Of a stretch of DNA of 64,000 bases, positions 45,157 to 59,715 are shown in pieces. The stretch is from positions 24,490,001 to 24,554,000 of the forward strand of contig NC_059430.1 of the NCBI RefSeq assembly GCF_021028975.2, given 5' to 3'. Position 1 is the stretch's first letter. Every line of letters begins with the position of its first letter. The DNA is from Sphaerodactylus townsendi. Lineage: Eukaryota. The position numbers and the translations under genes were made by a program. Under the pieces are notes generated by a model. The model made no database searches. It worked only from the letters and a program-made list of their open reading frames with translations, and was not told the DNA's origin.

Positions 45157-45408
45157 ACGGTAGTTTCCTGTGTAAGCATTGGGTCATTACTGACCCATGG
45201 GGTGAAGTCTCACCACAACACTTACTAGCCAGACTATGTTTATGGAGTGGTTTGCAATTGCCTTCTCCAGTCATCTACACATTTTCCAAACTTGGAGGGA
45301 TGGAGAGCTGAGTCCACCTGAAACTGACTTCCGTAAGGATCAAACTCAGGTTGTGAGCAGAGCTTCGACGGCAGTACTGAAGTTTACCACTCTGAGCCAC
45401 GGGGATCC
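45157..45408 (-). mobile_element. Sauria SINE
   Basis: Reverse-complement homolog of 53380-53684. Confidence 0.72.
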
Positions 45409-47555
45409 TTAAAACAACCCAAAAAGTAATCTATGCTCTATATAGCCACTCATATTACATTCTATGTGTTTAATACTGAAACAATGTCAAGATTTTCTAA
45501 AACCTCACATAAGTGTTAATTTAAACACTAGCAAATGGACTGAAGTATGTAGACATGTACTGTCCGAGGCCTTGCAGATTCAAGTGTTACCAGGGCTGTA
45601 GGTGTAAATAACGCTTTCAGAAAAAAGGAGGTTAGTGGTGAGCTTAAAAATTTAAAAGAGATCCTGCTATATCACACTCAGGGTCTATCTGGTGATGGAC
45701 TTCCAGTTAAGTTTTCTACTTCCACATTTCTAGCAAGGAATAAGGGTGAATGAAGAGCAGATGGCTTTTAAGATACAATTTCCATCATATGGAAAGGCAG
45801 AAGCATCATCATTTGACACTTAAGAAGAAAAAGGTCGAATCCATTTACAACTGGGAAAGGCAAGGCAAAGCAATGGTCTGAAACGTGCCTCCCACACAAA
45901 GACAACCATTTTCTCGTCCAAAGAACAGCTGGTTTTCGCCTAACCAGAGGCTCGTGAAGGTAAGGGGCCAGAAGCTGGTTTGAATAGAAACAAAACTGAT
46001 TTATTTATGCTTACCGATATGCTCCAAAAGTTTGCTTATTAAGCTGAGCTGTCCTAACCTTTCTTTAGCTGGTGGTTCTCTGCAAGCAACATTCCTGTCT
46101 AGAGGATGTCTGTCCCATGGTTTTGCTTTTTTTGTTGTGTGTTACTCCACAACTGTTTTAACTCAGTCTTACACAGAGTCTTACACAAAAAGAGACATTT
46201 GGGGAATTCTAATCTTGCATATGATCCAGACAGGATGGATCAAATGATTTAATCTCTCTTTCCTCAACTTCAGCGATTCTCATCCAGTGACTTGTGATTC
46301 CCCAGGAGGGTCGCACAAATGGGGGAAGGGGGATCAAGAGAAAAATAAACATGTATGTGGCATACAACGTTTATTTTTATAAACATACAAATTATAAATA
46401 TATACCTTAACAGTAAAACAAAGTTTACGTTTTGCAGAATCCTCTGATGAGCCATTTGTGGCTGCCTGTAATCAGTTAATTTCCATAGAGTGGGCTGAAT
46501 AAAGAAATATTAACCACGCATTTGTTTACTACCTTTTTTCCTTGCAGACATCAGACAAAGAACCATAATTTCATAAACACAGCATCACAACCATGAAGCA
46601 TTTAATTAATACTTTCAAAGCTTCAGTTACGAGGTCAGAACTCTCCCGATTTTGTGTAGTTTTAAACATGTGCAAGTATAGTTATAATGGTTACAGCATA
46701 AAACTATGGTCTGCGAGATATTAATTCAAATCTCTACTCTGCCATGAAGTATACAGAATGATCTTGGCTGGTTACTCTCTATGCTAGATTAACCCACCTC
46801 GCAGAGCTGTGTTAAGGACAAAATGAGGAAGGAAGAACAACAATGGCCCCCCTGAGGTCTTTGGAGAAAATGCACTCTATCCCACCCAAAGAAAAAAAAT
46901 GCAGTTCTGCATTGTTCAAAGGAAGTGAAACTGGTGTAGGAAAAAAGTTCCAATATTAAAATGGCCACCGCAGATAAACTAGCTGTACCTCTGGAATCTC
47001 TTGGGCTATCAGAGCGGTTTTCTCTGCATTCTGCTCAGCGGCCCCTGAAGATTCTCCTCCACCAATCAGTTTTATTGAAATCCAGATCCCCCAATTTTTC
47101 CAAAATGGCCACCTCAGGTAAAAATGCCTGTATCTCTGGAATCCCTTGAGCTATTACAGCAGTTTTAACTCCATTCCACTTGGGGTCATGTAGGGATTGT
47201 TCTCCACACATTGTTTTTTCAAAACGCAAACCTTCCAACTTCATAATTTTTTCCTGGTCCCCTAAGATGGATGCAAAGAAAGTCCAGGAAGTGGCTGTGG
47301 ATTAATTCAACATTAAGGTTCTATCTTTCTGTGAGACAAGGTACAGCTATTCTTCTGATGGAGTCTCTCTCTTTCTGAACATGGGCCCAGAGCTGCCTAG
47401 CAGGTGAATAGAAAGATTTCCCTGCTCTTACTCTGGTTTTCCAGAAAGGAGGCAAAGCCAAGCTTTCAATAGGGATCTACAAGAAGACTTGTTTCCGGGA
47501 GCAGTCCCAATGGAACAATGATTATTCTGCCCTTAGTTTGAGTAGACGGAGCAGA

Positions 47556-47820
47556 AGAAGAGAAGAAGTGTTTGGATTTATATCCCCCCTTTCTCTCCTG
47601 TAAGGAGACTCAAAGGGGATTACACTCTCCTCCCCCCCCCCCCACAGCAACAAACACCCTGTGAGGTAGGTGGGGCTGAGAGAGCTCTGAAGAACTGTGA
47701 CTAGCCGAAGGTCACCCAGCTGGAATGTGTTGGAGTGCACAAGCTAATCTGGCTCACCAGATACGCCTCCAGGTTCTCCAGATTAGAGTGCACCTGCTCT
47801 TAACCACTGTACCATGATGG
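47556..47820 (-). mobile_element. tRNA-derived SINE (Squam3-like)
   Basis: Same head (TGGT.CAGTGGTTAAGAGCAGGTG.ACTCTAATCTGG) and tail as the other copies. Confidence 0.82.
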
Positions 47821-50627
47821 AGGCATGTGATCTGCATGGTTGGAGAGCACCTGTGACAGAAACAGTAGCACCTAAAGTAGAAAATCTGTTATGAAGAAAA
47901 TTCCAGGGGCTCTCATTCCTCCTTTTACTATGTCCTAAGATTTTTAAGTGCCACATTGAATGTTAGTTGGGGGACTGCTTTCCTCAGGACTTTCCCCAAT
48001 GCTGTAGGAACCATTTAATTGATAATAATTAGTGGCACAGAACATTTGGAGTAACAAAGCACTCTACTAGCATAAAAAGTGCAAGTCAAGAAAATCATTT
48101 AAAAGACATAAAAAGTTAGCCTGTGAAAGACGGTAGGCTGGTATGATTCATGCACAACTTGATGTCTAAGACAATTAAAATGTTGAGAAAACATGGTATC
48201 TAAGATCCAGTAATAAAAATGAAATGAAATATTTACTGCAGGGACCAGGTATCAAACCAGTCCCTGGTGATGTGTGAAAGGGAAAAGCTGCAGAGGGGTG
48301 TGGGAGATGACATTCATGTGGGGTGGGGTCAGAAGAATCCAGACTTTCCCACCCACAAACTAGGCTTCTGAACTGTAGGAATCCCACAGTTTTGATGTGA
48401 TGTTTCTCTCAAATTTGTGAAAAATCACAGGAGGTGCATGAAAGCACCACAGTGCAATGGGGAAGGTGACAGCATCCATCTTGAGGCAAACAGTCATGTG
48501 TAAGTGACTTATGTCTTATAGCACAACCAACAAGCACACAAAGATTGGACTGGGGACAAGTCAAAAGAAGAACTCATTATTTTCCTCGCAGTCCTATCAG
48601 ACACGCAATTCTTGTGCACTAAGATCTTCTGTCTTCCAAATGTCTTCTGTTTAGCTTCCTCTGTTCATGCAAACAGCAGAGTTCTTTCTCTTGCTGCCCA
48701 TCTTGCCTCTGAAGAGCAGTTTGGGAGCAAGACATAGTAGTAAGTAGGCATAGAGAGGTTTCCTTCCCAGTTTACAATGAATATGATCCAAATCAGTACA
48801 ACAGATTCTGATAGAGATATGGGATACAGCACGCCTCATCCTCTGCTGCTTCAGAATGTAAGGAAGGAAAATCACATATGTAAATATTCATCCCCATTTT
48901 TAAAAAATTCACCACATATGGTGAATTTAATACATCAGTAAGAAGGCTAGAATATACTCATTCTTCCTAAGTTAACTTTCCAAGGGAAGGGTGCTTTTCA
49001 GTCTTTGCATTTCCAGGGTCCTTCCAAACATGGGTGTTAAGTCAGTGTTTCCTGTGGAATTTTTCAGGTGGCTGGGGTTTCTTCTTTTCCCACCCCCCTT
49101 CCCATGCTGCCTGAAACCCACTGGAAGGTGTGCTGTCGTGGCATCATCACTGGCCTGCAGCTCTATCACCCCCACACCTACTTTGATCCATCTGTCTGTC
49201 TACTTCTTTCCTGCCCTTCACAGAAGTCCCTGAGAAACGCATGCTGCATAGTCTCCTTTCAACCATGATATATACCTACATTGTTGGTGGCAATCAGTTC
49301 ACTATATGGGCACCTGAACAGATGGAACATTATAAAGAGATAAACAACAGTGAAGTGGACTGTGTCCATGGTAGCTACCATTTTCAGGCAGCCTACAGAA
49401 AAGCCATGCACTGAAATCAGCCCAGAAAAACGTTCAGGAGCAAACTAAAACGTGTAAAAACCATAATCTCTCTCTCTCTCTCCTGCCTCCCCTCCCCATC
49501 ATTTTAAATAAGCAAATTAATCAACTAAAATTTAGTTGATTAATCTGTGACACCTAATGAGATTCCAATTGACAATTACATTTGTTTAATATTTGGGCTA
49601 TTTTGGCTCTGACATATTACTTTAACAGAAAAAAAAGAAAACAAATATTAGAGGATTTTACAAATTAAACTATACATTGTGTCAGCAAGACCATTATAGA
49701 TAATATTCAAATGTATGCAATCAATGAAAAGGCATGGAGTTAATCAGCTATCCACTCTTTAATCTGTTAACAGCCCTAAACTTACAATGGAAGATGAAGG
49801 TAGATCTGTCAGACAATCTGCAATTAAGTTCTCTTACTTAGACTCATCAGTGGTTTAAACTTTTTTTGTACTCAACCAACCATTAATTTCAAGCTTCAAG
49901 ATGGGTTGATTTTTTTGAACCATAAGCAACAGTTGAATCTCAGACTCCGTTATTAAAGAAGGAGGAAAAGCCTGTCATTTTATATTTTTGTTGTTAGCAA
50001 TAGTAAATATGAGCGTGCATATATACACACAGCTTGGATGATATCCCTCCTTCAAGGACATGCCGCTAGTCTAAACATGAAAGACAACTGACCAGTACAC
50101 ATGATCCCAAGGCTGAAAATAAGAGCTGGCTGCCCACCTTAGTCTCCATGTAATTTTTGCTGAGTGACATGTTGACCTGCACTGCAGCCCAAGGAAGGCT
50201 GAGCTATATTTAGCTCTCCTCAGCCTTTCCAAAGTACAAGCAAGGGAATAAACTGATTGAGCAAGTCTAAATGAGGAGTTTAAATAAATTGGCTTTTTAA
50301 AAATGCTGACTGATAGGATTACAAAAGCTTATAAAATCATACTAGGGCACATTTGCAGAGCTGCCAGTCTTCAACAGTATGCATATAGCCTGTAGCTGTT
50401 CTCTAATACAACCTACACCCAGTATTTAATTTCTTTTAAAAGAGAGAGAGATGCCAGAGCTGAAATCTATCTGAGAATACCACGTTCTGCTCTGCAAATG
50501 TCTACTTCCAGATGTGTGGGATCTTGCTCTATATTTACTCAGCGGTGAGGCAACAACACTCTATACCTGCTCAGAAGCACTATCCATGCTGAGTTAATCC
50601 CTGGCATTGGAAACTTATGCTAGAACA

Positions 50628-50948
50628 GAGAGTCAGCATGGTGTAGTGGTTAAGAGCAGGTGGATTCTAATCTGGGGAAGTGGATTTGATTCCCCACTCC
50701 TCCACCTGAGTGGCAGAGGCTTATCTGGTGAACCAGATGTGTTTCCGCACTCCTACATTCCTGCTGGGTGACCTTGGGCTAGTCATGGTTCTTCGGAACT
50801 CTTTCAGTCCCACCTACCTCACAAGGCGTCTGTTGTGGGGAGAGGAAGGGGAAGGAACTTGTAAGCCACTCTGAATCTCCTTACAGAAGAGAAAGGTGGG
50901 ATATAAATCCAAACTCCTCCTCCTCCTTCTCCTTCTTCTACTTCTTCT
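50628..50948 (+). mobile_element. tRNA-derived SINE (Squam3-like), full length
   Basis: GAGAGTCAGCATGGTGTAGTGGTTAAGAGC head, B box GATTTGATTCC, LINE-derived 3' part, (CCT/CTT)n tail. Confidence 0.85.
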
Positions 50949-53379
50949 CTGATAAACCATGAGGCTGACTGACTACAACCTCTTTCTACAAGAGCTCCCT
51001 GAACAATAAAAGAACATATGAAGAACCTGAACTCCCAAACCCTCTTGGGATGTGAACAGGCGCACTCTGCAGCCACTGCAGCAAATATCCATAAATCTCC
51101 CAAGGCACTAGGCCTGACATAGCCTTGGTAGTTCAGCACCTGTACAGCTACAAGAAAAAAAAATAGACCTTATTTACTCACCTATTCCGAACATTTCCTG
51201 CAAACAGTTTATTCAGAATGACATCATTTCTGCAGTGCTGTTATCATACCATATTTTGTAGTTTAAGTTGTACTCCAACCTACACCCTTATCCCCATGTG
51301 TAATTGGACCAAAAGTAACACTTGAACCAAAAACATTAAAGGATGAAAGTCAAGTACCCTAACCCATCCGTGGCAGTTACAGAGGGGCAAGCCAGTGCTC
51401 AGCAGTTTTGGAACAATACTATCCTGACACAGGACCACTCATCTGCAGGACATGCAGATCTCTGCTGCACAGAAAATGATTGTGTTTTTTTCTGCTGTAT
51501 ACCTTAACCACTACCAGCACTATTTGTTGCATGGTGTTTCTACTAGGGAGAATTTTGGTTTTCTGCTGTGTTGTTTTTATTTAGATTGTACACATGTATT
51601 TGTTCTTAATTGTTTTTAATCTCTTTTGCAAACTGCTCCAAACACAGTGTTTAAAAACTGCCATTACAGAGCTTTAAAATGAGTTCCACACATGAGTCCT
51701 ATGCTGTATGCACTATCTGAAATTTCACTTGGTTAGTTAGTTTTGATTGAACACATAAAGGTCACAGGCTCTGCTCCCTGAATGGATTCAGAGTAGCTGA
51801 AGGAATCAGGTTACTGATGCAGATGTTTGCTGATGTGCCATTAGAATCTGTTGCCAGTGCACACTTTGCTATTACAGGGACAACATTACAGCATTAGGGA
51901 AGCTTCAAGCAACTCCTGACATTATGTAAAAAGTGCTTCCAGACAAACTCTGTAGACTCCTCTACATTTGACTAGTAGTACTTATTTTATCAGAGGGAAG
52001 CAGCACGGTATAACAGGATCTCATCAGATCCCAGAAGATAAACAGGGCCAGTACTTGGAAGGGAGACCTCCAAGGAAGACTCTGAGGAAGGAAATGGCAA
52101 ACCACCTCTGCTTCTCCTTCGGGGATGGGGCGGGATATAAATCCAACAAAATAATGTTTTTTTAAAAATTGGCTTGAAAGTCCCTTGCTGGGATCACCAT
52201 AAGCTGGTTGCATCTTGACAGCACTTATGTGCATATGTACCAGAACAAGTACACACACATATTGGTGTTTTCTTAATTGGCAGTAATAAAAAAGGACAAA
52301 AAATAAAACAAAAAGTAGGTATGCCATTATATAACTCACTGGTACTTTACAAATGTGTGCAATTTTAGATCCCATTTATAAAAAGAAACACAACAAATCT
52401 GGACGTAGCACGAAAGAACAATGGGGGGATCATCTATCTGAAGAAGGAAGGCTTAAACAATTGAGGTTTTTTAATAAACAAAATAAAATCCTGATGAATC
52501 ACACAACAGAGAATTTTAAAAGTGTGCATGATATGGACAGAGTTAGGAACAATTGAAATAATAAAACCTCCATTTCAGAGACTGTATATCTGACTACAAG
52601 ATGCAGAGATCAACTATCAGAAATGGATATCACCATCTTGCCCTGCTTGTGCACTCAGCGGAGGCTCGCTTTTTTTGGAGATGGTTTGCCATTGTCATCT
52701 GGCATTCCTTGGAGGTCTTCCATTCAACTACAACCCAGAGTCAGGGATGAGAGTGTGTGACTCACCCAGAAAGCTTCCATGGCACAAATAAATGGGATAC
52801 TATTTGCAGGCAGAATGGTGAGCTACTTTGACAGCCAATTGAAGCTTCTCCATCCCACAGGCTGCTTCAGCTTTCTTGTTTAATTAAGCTGCTATCTTGA
52901 TAGAGGGTAAGGATGATACATTTTGGAAGAACAACCATTATTGCACACAGATTCTAAACAATTGTTGATTTCAAATGGGACTTCCAAATAATGCACTTGC
53001 AGATGGGGTGCTGATTTCCCATCTTCAGGCACCACAACGCAACTTGATTTTCTTTTGAAATGTTACGAGTGCCTACCTTCAGAACGTTACCTGCAAGTAA
53101 TTTTCAAAAGATGCTCTTTCATTAAAATTGAATTACAGCACTAGCTACACTGACAATACAGAACCAGACTGGGCATCAGACAGCTTATCCCACACAGCCG
53201 ACCACAGCAGAAGCCACACATTCATCAAAAGTTCCCCAGGAAACCAGAAGATCTAATTAGGGAGACATTTCCGTTTTCCTTGAAGTAGTTGTAAAGGTTT
53301 GTTCACTCAGCTCCAAGGCTGCAATCAATTCAAGGAAACCAAGTCTCAAGTTACAAAATGACAGGTCCAAAATCAAACA

Positions 53380-53684
53380 GGGACCCCTTGGCACAGAGTG
53401 GTAAGCTGCAGTACTGCAGTCCAAGCTTTGCTATCAGATCTAAGTTTGATCCCAACGGAAGTCAGTTTCAGGTAGCCGGCTCAAAGTTGACTCAGCCTTC
53501 CATCCTTCCAAGGTTGGTAAAATGAGTATTCAGCTTGCCGGGGGTAAAGTATACACAACTGGGGAAAACAATGGCAAATCACAGAGTAAACGTGGTCTGC
53601 CTTGTACAAAGTCTGCCTAGTAAAAGTCCAACATCACTCCATGGGTTAGTAAGGACCTGACACTTATACAGGGGACTACTTTTA
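53380..53684 (+). mobile_element. Sauria SINE
   Basis: tRNA-like head TGGCACAGAGTGGTAAGCTGCAGTACTGCAG, conserved GTTGACTCAGCCTTCCATCCTTCC...GGTAAAATGAGTA core, and ACTTT-type tail. Confidence 0.8.
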
Positions 53685-54177
53685 CACTGGTATATCTATG
53701 GGGGAACAGGGGGGAACATTTCACACAAGTGCTATGAGCCTGGGTCACATGGGGGCACATTTAGGCCCCCCACTCTGCCCTCTTCCCCCACCCAGCCTTT
53801 GGCCAAACTCCCCCTCCACCAAACTCCCCCTGGCGCCCCCCCACCGCTGCTGCGCCAGCAACTGCAAAAAAAAACCCCTCAAGAAAAATATTTTCCTCCT
53901 CCAAGTAGAGCCAGCCTGCAAAACACTGGGGGCAGAGAGGTCCTCGCTCCCACTGTGTTGCCAGTCACCGCTGCTTGGATGGTGCGGAGGAAAAGGTTTG
54001 TTGTGGGGGGAGGGTTATGTTGGGGCAGGGGCAGCAGTGGGAGTTCAGTGGGGTGAGTTTGGCAGGGGCTGGACACATAGTGGCACAATGTCACTGTACC
54101 TTTAACTTCTATCACAATCAAACAGCAACCAAGCCTTAATCCTTAAGTGCTGGTGGATCATGAGAAAGGGCATTATC

Positions 54178-54353
54178 GGGGTGCTGTGTGGTTTCCGGGC
54201 TGTATGGCCGTGTTCTAGCAGCATTCTCTCCTGACGTTTCCAGCCACAGATGCAGGCAAAACGTCAGGAGAGAATGCTGCTAGAACACGGCCATACAGCC
54301 CGGAAACCACACAGCACCCCAGTGATTCCGGCCGTGAAAGCCTTCGACAATCC
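54178..54353. mobile_element. Penelope-like element remnant in inverted arrangement
   Basis: 62-bp perfect inverted arms (54178-54239 / 54259-54320). 12-bp TSD AAGGGCATTATC (54166-54177, 54354-54365). Confidence 0.82.
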
Positions 54354-56022
54354 AAGGGCATTATCCTTTTGAGCATTTTCCTGAGATCTCTTTTGGAATT
54401 GTCAGCCTTGGAACACAGCTCACTATAGATTTCAAACAGCCTGTGAGAAGATTCCTAGGCCCATTGAAATGTATTTATCCAGAGACAAGGTTAGCAAACT
54501 GTAGGCGGTGAACAGCCCAGAGAGCTGTTTAGTCTCTCTTTATACAGTCAAGGTTTTTTTAAACAAGAAAAACAAACCCAAAGAAGGGGGGAATTGGCTT
54601 CCCAAAATCCCAGAGGAAACCAAACTCTAACTTACATCTGCTGAAGAAAAGGTGTGAGCAGCCAACCATGGCTGGCCCAAAACAGTCAGGAAATGCTGAA
54701 GCCAGAGCCAGAACCACAATTCAAGGCTTACCACAAGACTCCCATGTCAACTAGGGATGCAGAAGGCTGGCTGGGTAAATTTAAATTTAGACAGGTAAAT
54801 ATGAAAGAAAGGAGAACCAGCATTACTCAGGCATAGCCAGGTGGAAGGCGGAGGGATGTAGCAACAAAATCATTTTAGCCAGATGGGTGCACCATATAAA
54901 ACCTGTAACATCAGTCTAGACCTAAAGACTGTTATGACTGCTGGATCGTACTGTCCACTCTTTGTGTTAAACAAGTGTCTAATTGCCCCTGCACTCTGCA
55001 GAGGAAAATACCTTAATTACTGTTTAATATCACATGATCTGAAAATAAAAGGGCACATTGGTTGCTGTGATTGGCATAATTTTCTGTTGCATTCAAAGTA
55101 CAGGAAGGAAAGCCAGAGGACAGAAAACCAAACTAGATTGTTATTCTCCTTCCCTTCCCCAGTAATAGTCAAAGAAAAGGATCATGGTAGGATACGTGTT
55201 CTGAGTTTCTCCCCACCACCATAACAAACCACAACCAATGACATCATGTTAACACTGGGCAGAATCATGTTAATACTGAATGAGATGATGTCGCATCATG
55301 ACATTTTTGATGAGCCATTATCAGAGAAAAACATTGGCGAGACACAGATCAGTAGCAACTATGCGGTTAGTGTTGGACAGGGCAGGGAAGACCTAAGGGT
55401 CAACTCCACATTCAACTGGGAGGTGAACTAGGACAATCACTCTCTTTCAATGGCTTAACTAACAGGGTTGTTGTGAGGATAACATGGGGGGGGGGAAGTA
55501 AAATGTAGGTTATTTTTGACTCTTCAGGAGAATGGTGGCATAAAAGTGTAACAGAGGCATTTCCTTCTGTATCTACATAGGTCCCTGGGTCAATTCAGTT
55601 CGGCATGGTTTCCTAACCAGTTGCTCTTACTATTCCATCCCAAGTGTCTTAAACAGCCAATATAGTGATGATAACTGGCATAGAACTAAAGAGTAAATGG
55701 CATTACACAGTTTGGGCTCTCCTCTCAATTTTGAGCATATCCTTCTTCAGTCTTCTTACTAAGAACTGCAAATACTGGATTGAATCTAAGATCTTCTGGT
55801 TGCAAAAGGTGTTTTACAGTTGAGCTATACTTGCTTTCAGAAAAGCAACGTTCAAGATGAGATGTAAAAGAAGGGATGACAGTCATTCTTTAGATTTGAT
55901 TTTTTTTTAGGAATGCTCTCTTAGACCAATTTATTTTAATCTTAGCTGTCCTTTCCAGAACATTGGAGGTGAAACTGAAGCCAATCATTAGGGGTTTGGG
56001 GTGTGTGTGTGTTTGTTTAGCT

Positions 56023-56417
56023 CAGGGGTAGGGAACCTGCGGCTCGAGAGCAGCATGCGGCTCTTCTGCCCTTGCACTGTGGCTCCACGAGCCGAGCTGC
56101 TGGCCCCATCCTTGCCCGCCCTGGCTGGGCCGCGCCGTGGGCTTCCCCTCTCGCCTGCCCCATTGGAGAGGGGGTGGACGCTTTCCCAGCGGCCGGCAAG
56201 GCTGAGCCGCTGGCCCCATCCTTGCCCGCCCTGCAGGTAGCAGGGCGGACGCATCCATGCGCTTCTCAGAATGAGCGGAGTAAAAGGTAAAAAAACCCAA
56301 TATATACAGTGTTATCTTTATTTTAAATGTCAAAAATTATTTGTGGCTCCAAGTGTTTTCTTTTCCCATGGAAAACGTGTCCAAATGGCTCTGACTGTTA
56401 AAGGTTCCCTACCCCTG
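56023..56417. mobile_element. hAT-Charlie-type MITE
   Basis: TIRs CAGGGGTAGGGAACCT / AGGTTCCCTACCCCTG. TSD GTTTAGCT/GTTTAACT. Internal direct repeat GCTGGCCCCATCCTTGCCCGCCCTG x2. Confidence 0.87.
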
Positions 56418-59400
56418 GTTTAACTTTATTCAGAAGGTGCAATGCTTGAGTTTCTGCTTGAAAAGTTGATGAGTTACTATTAGAGTTACACATGACCTTG
56501 CTCCCTGACCTTTTTTTGGTTGGCTTTCTCTTGTGGCAGGCATTTTAGGGTTGTGGCCAGTGGCCACTACCCAATGTCAGAATGAAAAGGTGCCCACAGG
56601 TTCAAGAAGGTTGAGGAGCACACTGCACTAGACATCTCCTCCTCCCCCATGAAATCCTCAGAATTGTAGTTCTGTGTGGGAAGGACCTAGCAATTGCATT
56701 AGGAGCAATTCTACAGGGAGAAATTCTAAGTAGTTTTATTCCAAAGTCTCATTGCATTCACTGAGCCTCATTCCCGGGAATGTATTCTTACGACTGTAGT
56801 CACAGTAATTGCATCAGAAGCTCCAATACAATTTTCTGTATTCTCGGTAAGCTATATTTCCCAGTTTTTTAGGACAAAGATCAGCATAGTATAGATACAA
56901 GTATTTCCACCCAATTGTTGAAAGTATGCAGCAAGTGCATTTTCAGGCATTGTCCAAGTAACTATTCCAGAACTCTATTCTAGCAGCACATATGAGATGG
57001 GGTAGAGCCTTGTAGACAATGTTGAAATGCTACTATATGCATACCCCCACCATTTTAAAAAAATCTACATAGATTCTGCTCCTAGAAGGAGATGTAGCAT
57101 TTGGAAACCCGCAACCAATATAGGAAGTAGTACCACCAATATCAAGCGGTTATCCATGACACTCCCAATGACATCCCTGCTGTGTTGCTATTGTATTACT
57201 GGAATTGTATTGTACATCCCTGTTGTGTTGCTATTGTATTACATTTCACCAAACAAAAAAACTGCAAGCAATCCACAAAAAAACTGCAAGCAATCCAGCC
57301 ATGGTCAAGAACTTTTAAATGCCTTTTGTTTCAGTAGCAGAAACACCCAGTAATATGTTTTAATTTGCTCATTAACTAAATAGGCCTTAAAATGCTTTTT
57401 TTTTTGCCCATAGTGGTTCAAATGCTCAAAAAAGGTAATCTACGCACAAGAAAATAGCAAGCTGGAAAATGCACAAATTGTGCACACAGTACATGTGAAA
57501 CAAAAGGACATTTAGAGTGCCAGAAATGATCAAGCAAAGAGGTCCTTAACTTGGCAGCACATCAAACACATATACTGCTCTGGGATTCCCTATAAGTCAC
57601 AAAAAATGAGGACTTGAATATGAGTCGGAAGTGGCTTTGACCCTTCTATAAACAATGGGAGGTCAAAGTACAAAGAACACAAATGATCAGAATGAGAAGC
57701 CGTGAGAAGAACCTTTACAACTGCAACATAGTTAAGGGTTAACACCATAAAATGGAAGCACAGAGCAAGTGTGAAGACAGTCAAAGGGGAAGTGCTCTCT
57801 GTTACATACTATTACATCTAGGAAAGGGACACACTCTCAGTAGGGAGGAATCTCTCTGACGCCCTTGGGCATAAAAATATGAGAAATCTAAGGCTGAGAA
57901 TGCACAAAATTTGGGGGTGGAGTTAGGCCCATTTGCTGGTCCAATTCTGTCTCCTACTCTGAATTGGTATTTGGATGTCACTAAATTTCTCCCTTTATGT
58001 ATTGTTTCAACATGATGGGAAAATGGAAACTCGGTTTCATTATTTGTGTGCAGATTTACTGCCATGTTCTGTACAACAGCAGTATTTTTTTGTTATTTGT
58101 TTTTAAATCACACGAAATTCTCTGAATACTAAACCCTTACTTTTATTCCCTTTTAGCCATTTTATCCTCCTATTAACTGCAAAAAATCTCAGCTTGACAT
58201 GGTCCACAAGGACTGATATACCCAGGGCCTTGTTTGCTTAAAGGTGCCCACACGGAAGTGATGTGGTATCCTAGAAGAGGGTAACAAGCAGAAGTTCATG
58301 AGCCAGATCTGACCTTCAAAAGTACATGCTTGTGTGATTTGTTCCAAACAAACTACAGATAATATTCATGCAGAAGCAGCCTGCTGAGTTCACAGTCCTA
58401 GCTAATCGGCAACTGGGTGCTGTGTGTACAGTTCTGCAACCCAGTTCAGAAGCCAGATATACATACACGCTTAACCCAGTAACAATGCTGGAATCCCACC
58501 AATCAGAGAGGGAATCAGGGACCTGCTTCCTCTTCTCCCCCAAACAACTGACTGGACAAATTCCTCCTCTTTTTATCAGGCTACTTGTGCACAGCCCCAG
58601 CTACTGCACACCCACTCTATTGAACTGGTAATTGTACAACACAACACTGAAAGAATATAATATAAGGTCTTTTCAAAACAATTCAGTGCAGTTCTTGTCA
58701 ATCTGGTATGCACATAAATATCATGTTTCTGCCACAGTGCACTCCTGTAGCAAAGATCTCACATTTGCTCACCACTGTGGAAAACTATGGAAAACAATGG
58801 AAAACACAACCCTCTACCATCCCCCTTTTTTGCCATCAAGTCACAGCTGACGTATGGTGTCTCCTTTCGGCTTTCAAGGTAAGAGACATTTGGAGGTGGT
58901 TTTCTATGGTCTGCCTTTGCATAGCAACCCTGGGCATCCTTGGTGGTCTTCCATCCAAGAACTAACCAGGGCCAACCCTGCTCAGTTTCCAAGATAGCCT
59001 AGGCTACCCAGGACAGCATCCTCTGGTAATTATAGGAAATATGTTTGTCCAAGAGTCAAAGGCAACAATCAACTACTTCTGGGATACTATCAATAACAGC
59101 CTTTATATGAACTTTTTAAAAAAATCCTCTGTAGCTTTGTGGTTCTCCACCCCACCCCCTTGTACCACTGCATCCTTGGAATGCTTAACCAGAATATCTT
59201 TATTTGGAAATTTTAGGGGGAAAGGCTGCTTCCTCTTCCCTACATTGCCTTTTTTTAAAAAAGGAATCTTCACATGCACGTCCTATTATTTTCTTGCTGG
59301 CTGTTAATTATCCTACTAAGTGCATTTACAAAATATTTTTTTAAAAAAACAGGAACAAAACTGCACCATCACCACGCAATTATATGGGGATGAAGAGAAA

Positions 59401-59559
59401 CATGAACACAAGGTAAAATTCAGAGTTACTTTTGATGAGAAAGACCCCAAATATAAGAAAATGTATTAGTGGTGAGGGGGTTGACAGCACTGACAATGCT
59501 GCCACAGAAATGGAAAGAGAAAGGCAAAAGCCACCATGATCCAAGATATACATGCTGAC

Positions 59560-59715
59560 AGTTCTTATTGCAAAAATTATTCTGAGCAAAACAAACAATT
59601 TACAAACAAACAATTACAAACAATTTCTTACTGCAAAAATTTCTTATTGCAAAAATTATTCTGAGCAAAACAAACAATTTGCAAACAAACCATTACAAAC
59701 AATTTACAAACAAAC
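59560..59715. repeat. Local tandem duplication (~80 bp) with ACAA-rich subrepeats
   Basis: TTCTTATTGCAAAAATTATTCTGAGCAAAACAAACAATTT occurs twice. Confidence 0.8.

Noticed and set aside
46900-47520. Possible degenerate L1-like ORF1 fragment on the - strand
   Set aside because: Only a vague peptide resemblance with no diagnostic motif. Needs a RepeatMasker check.
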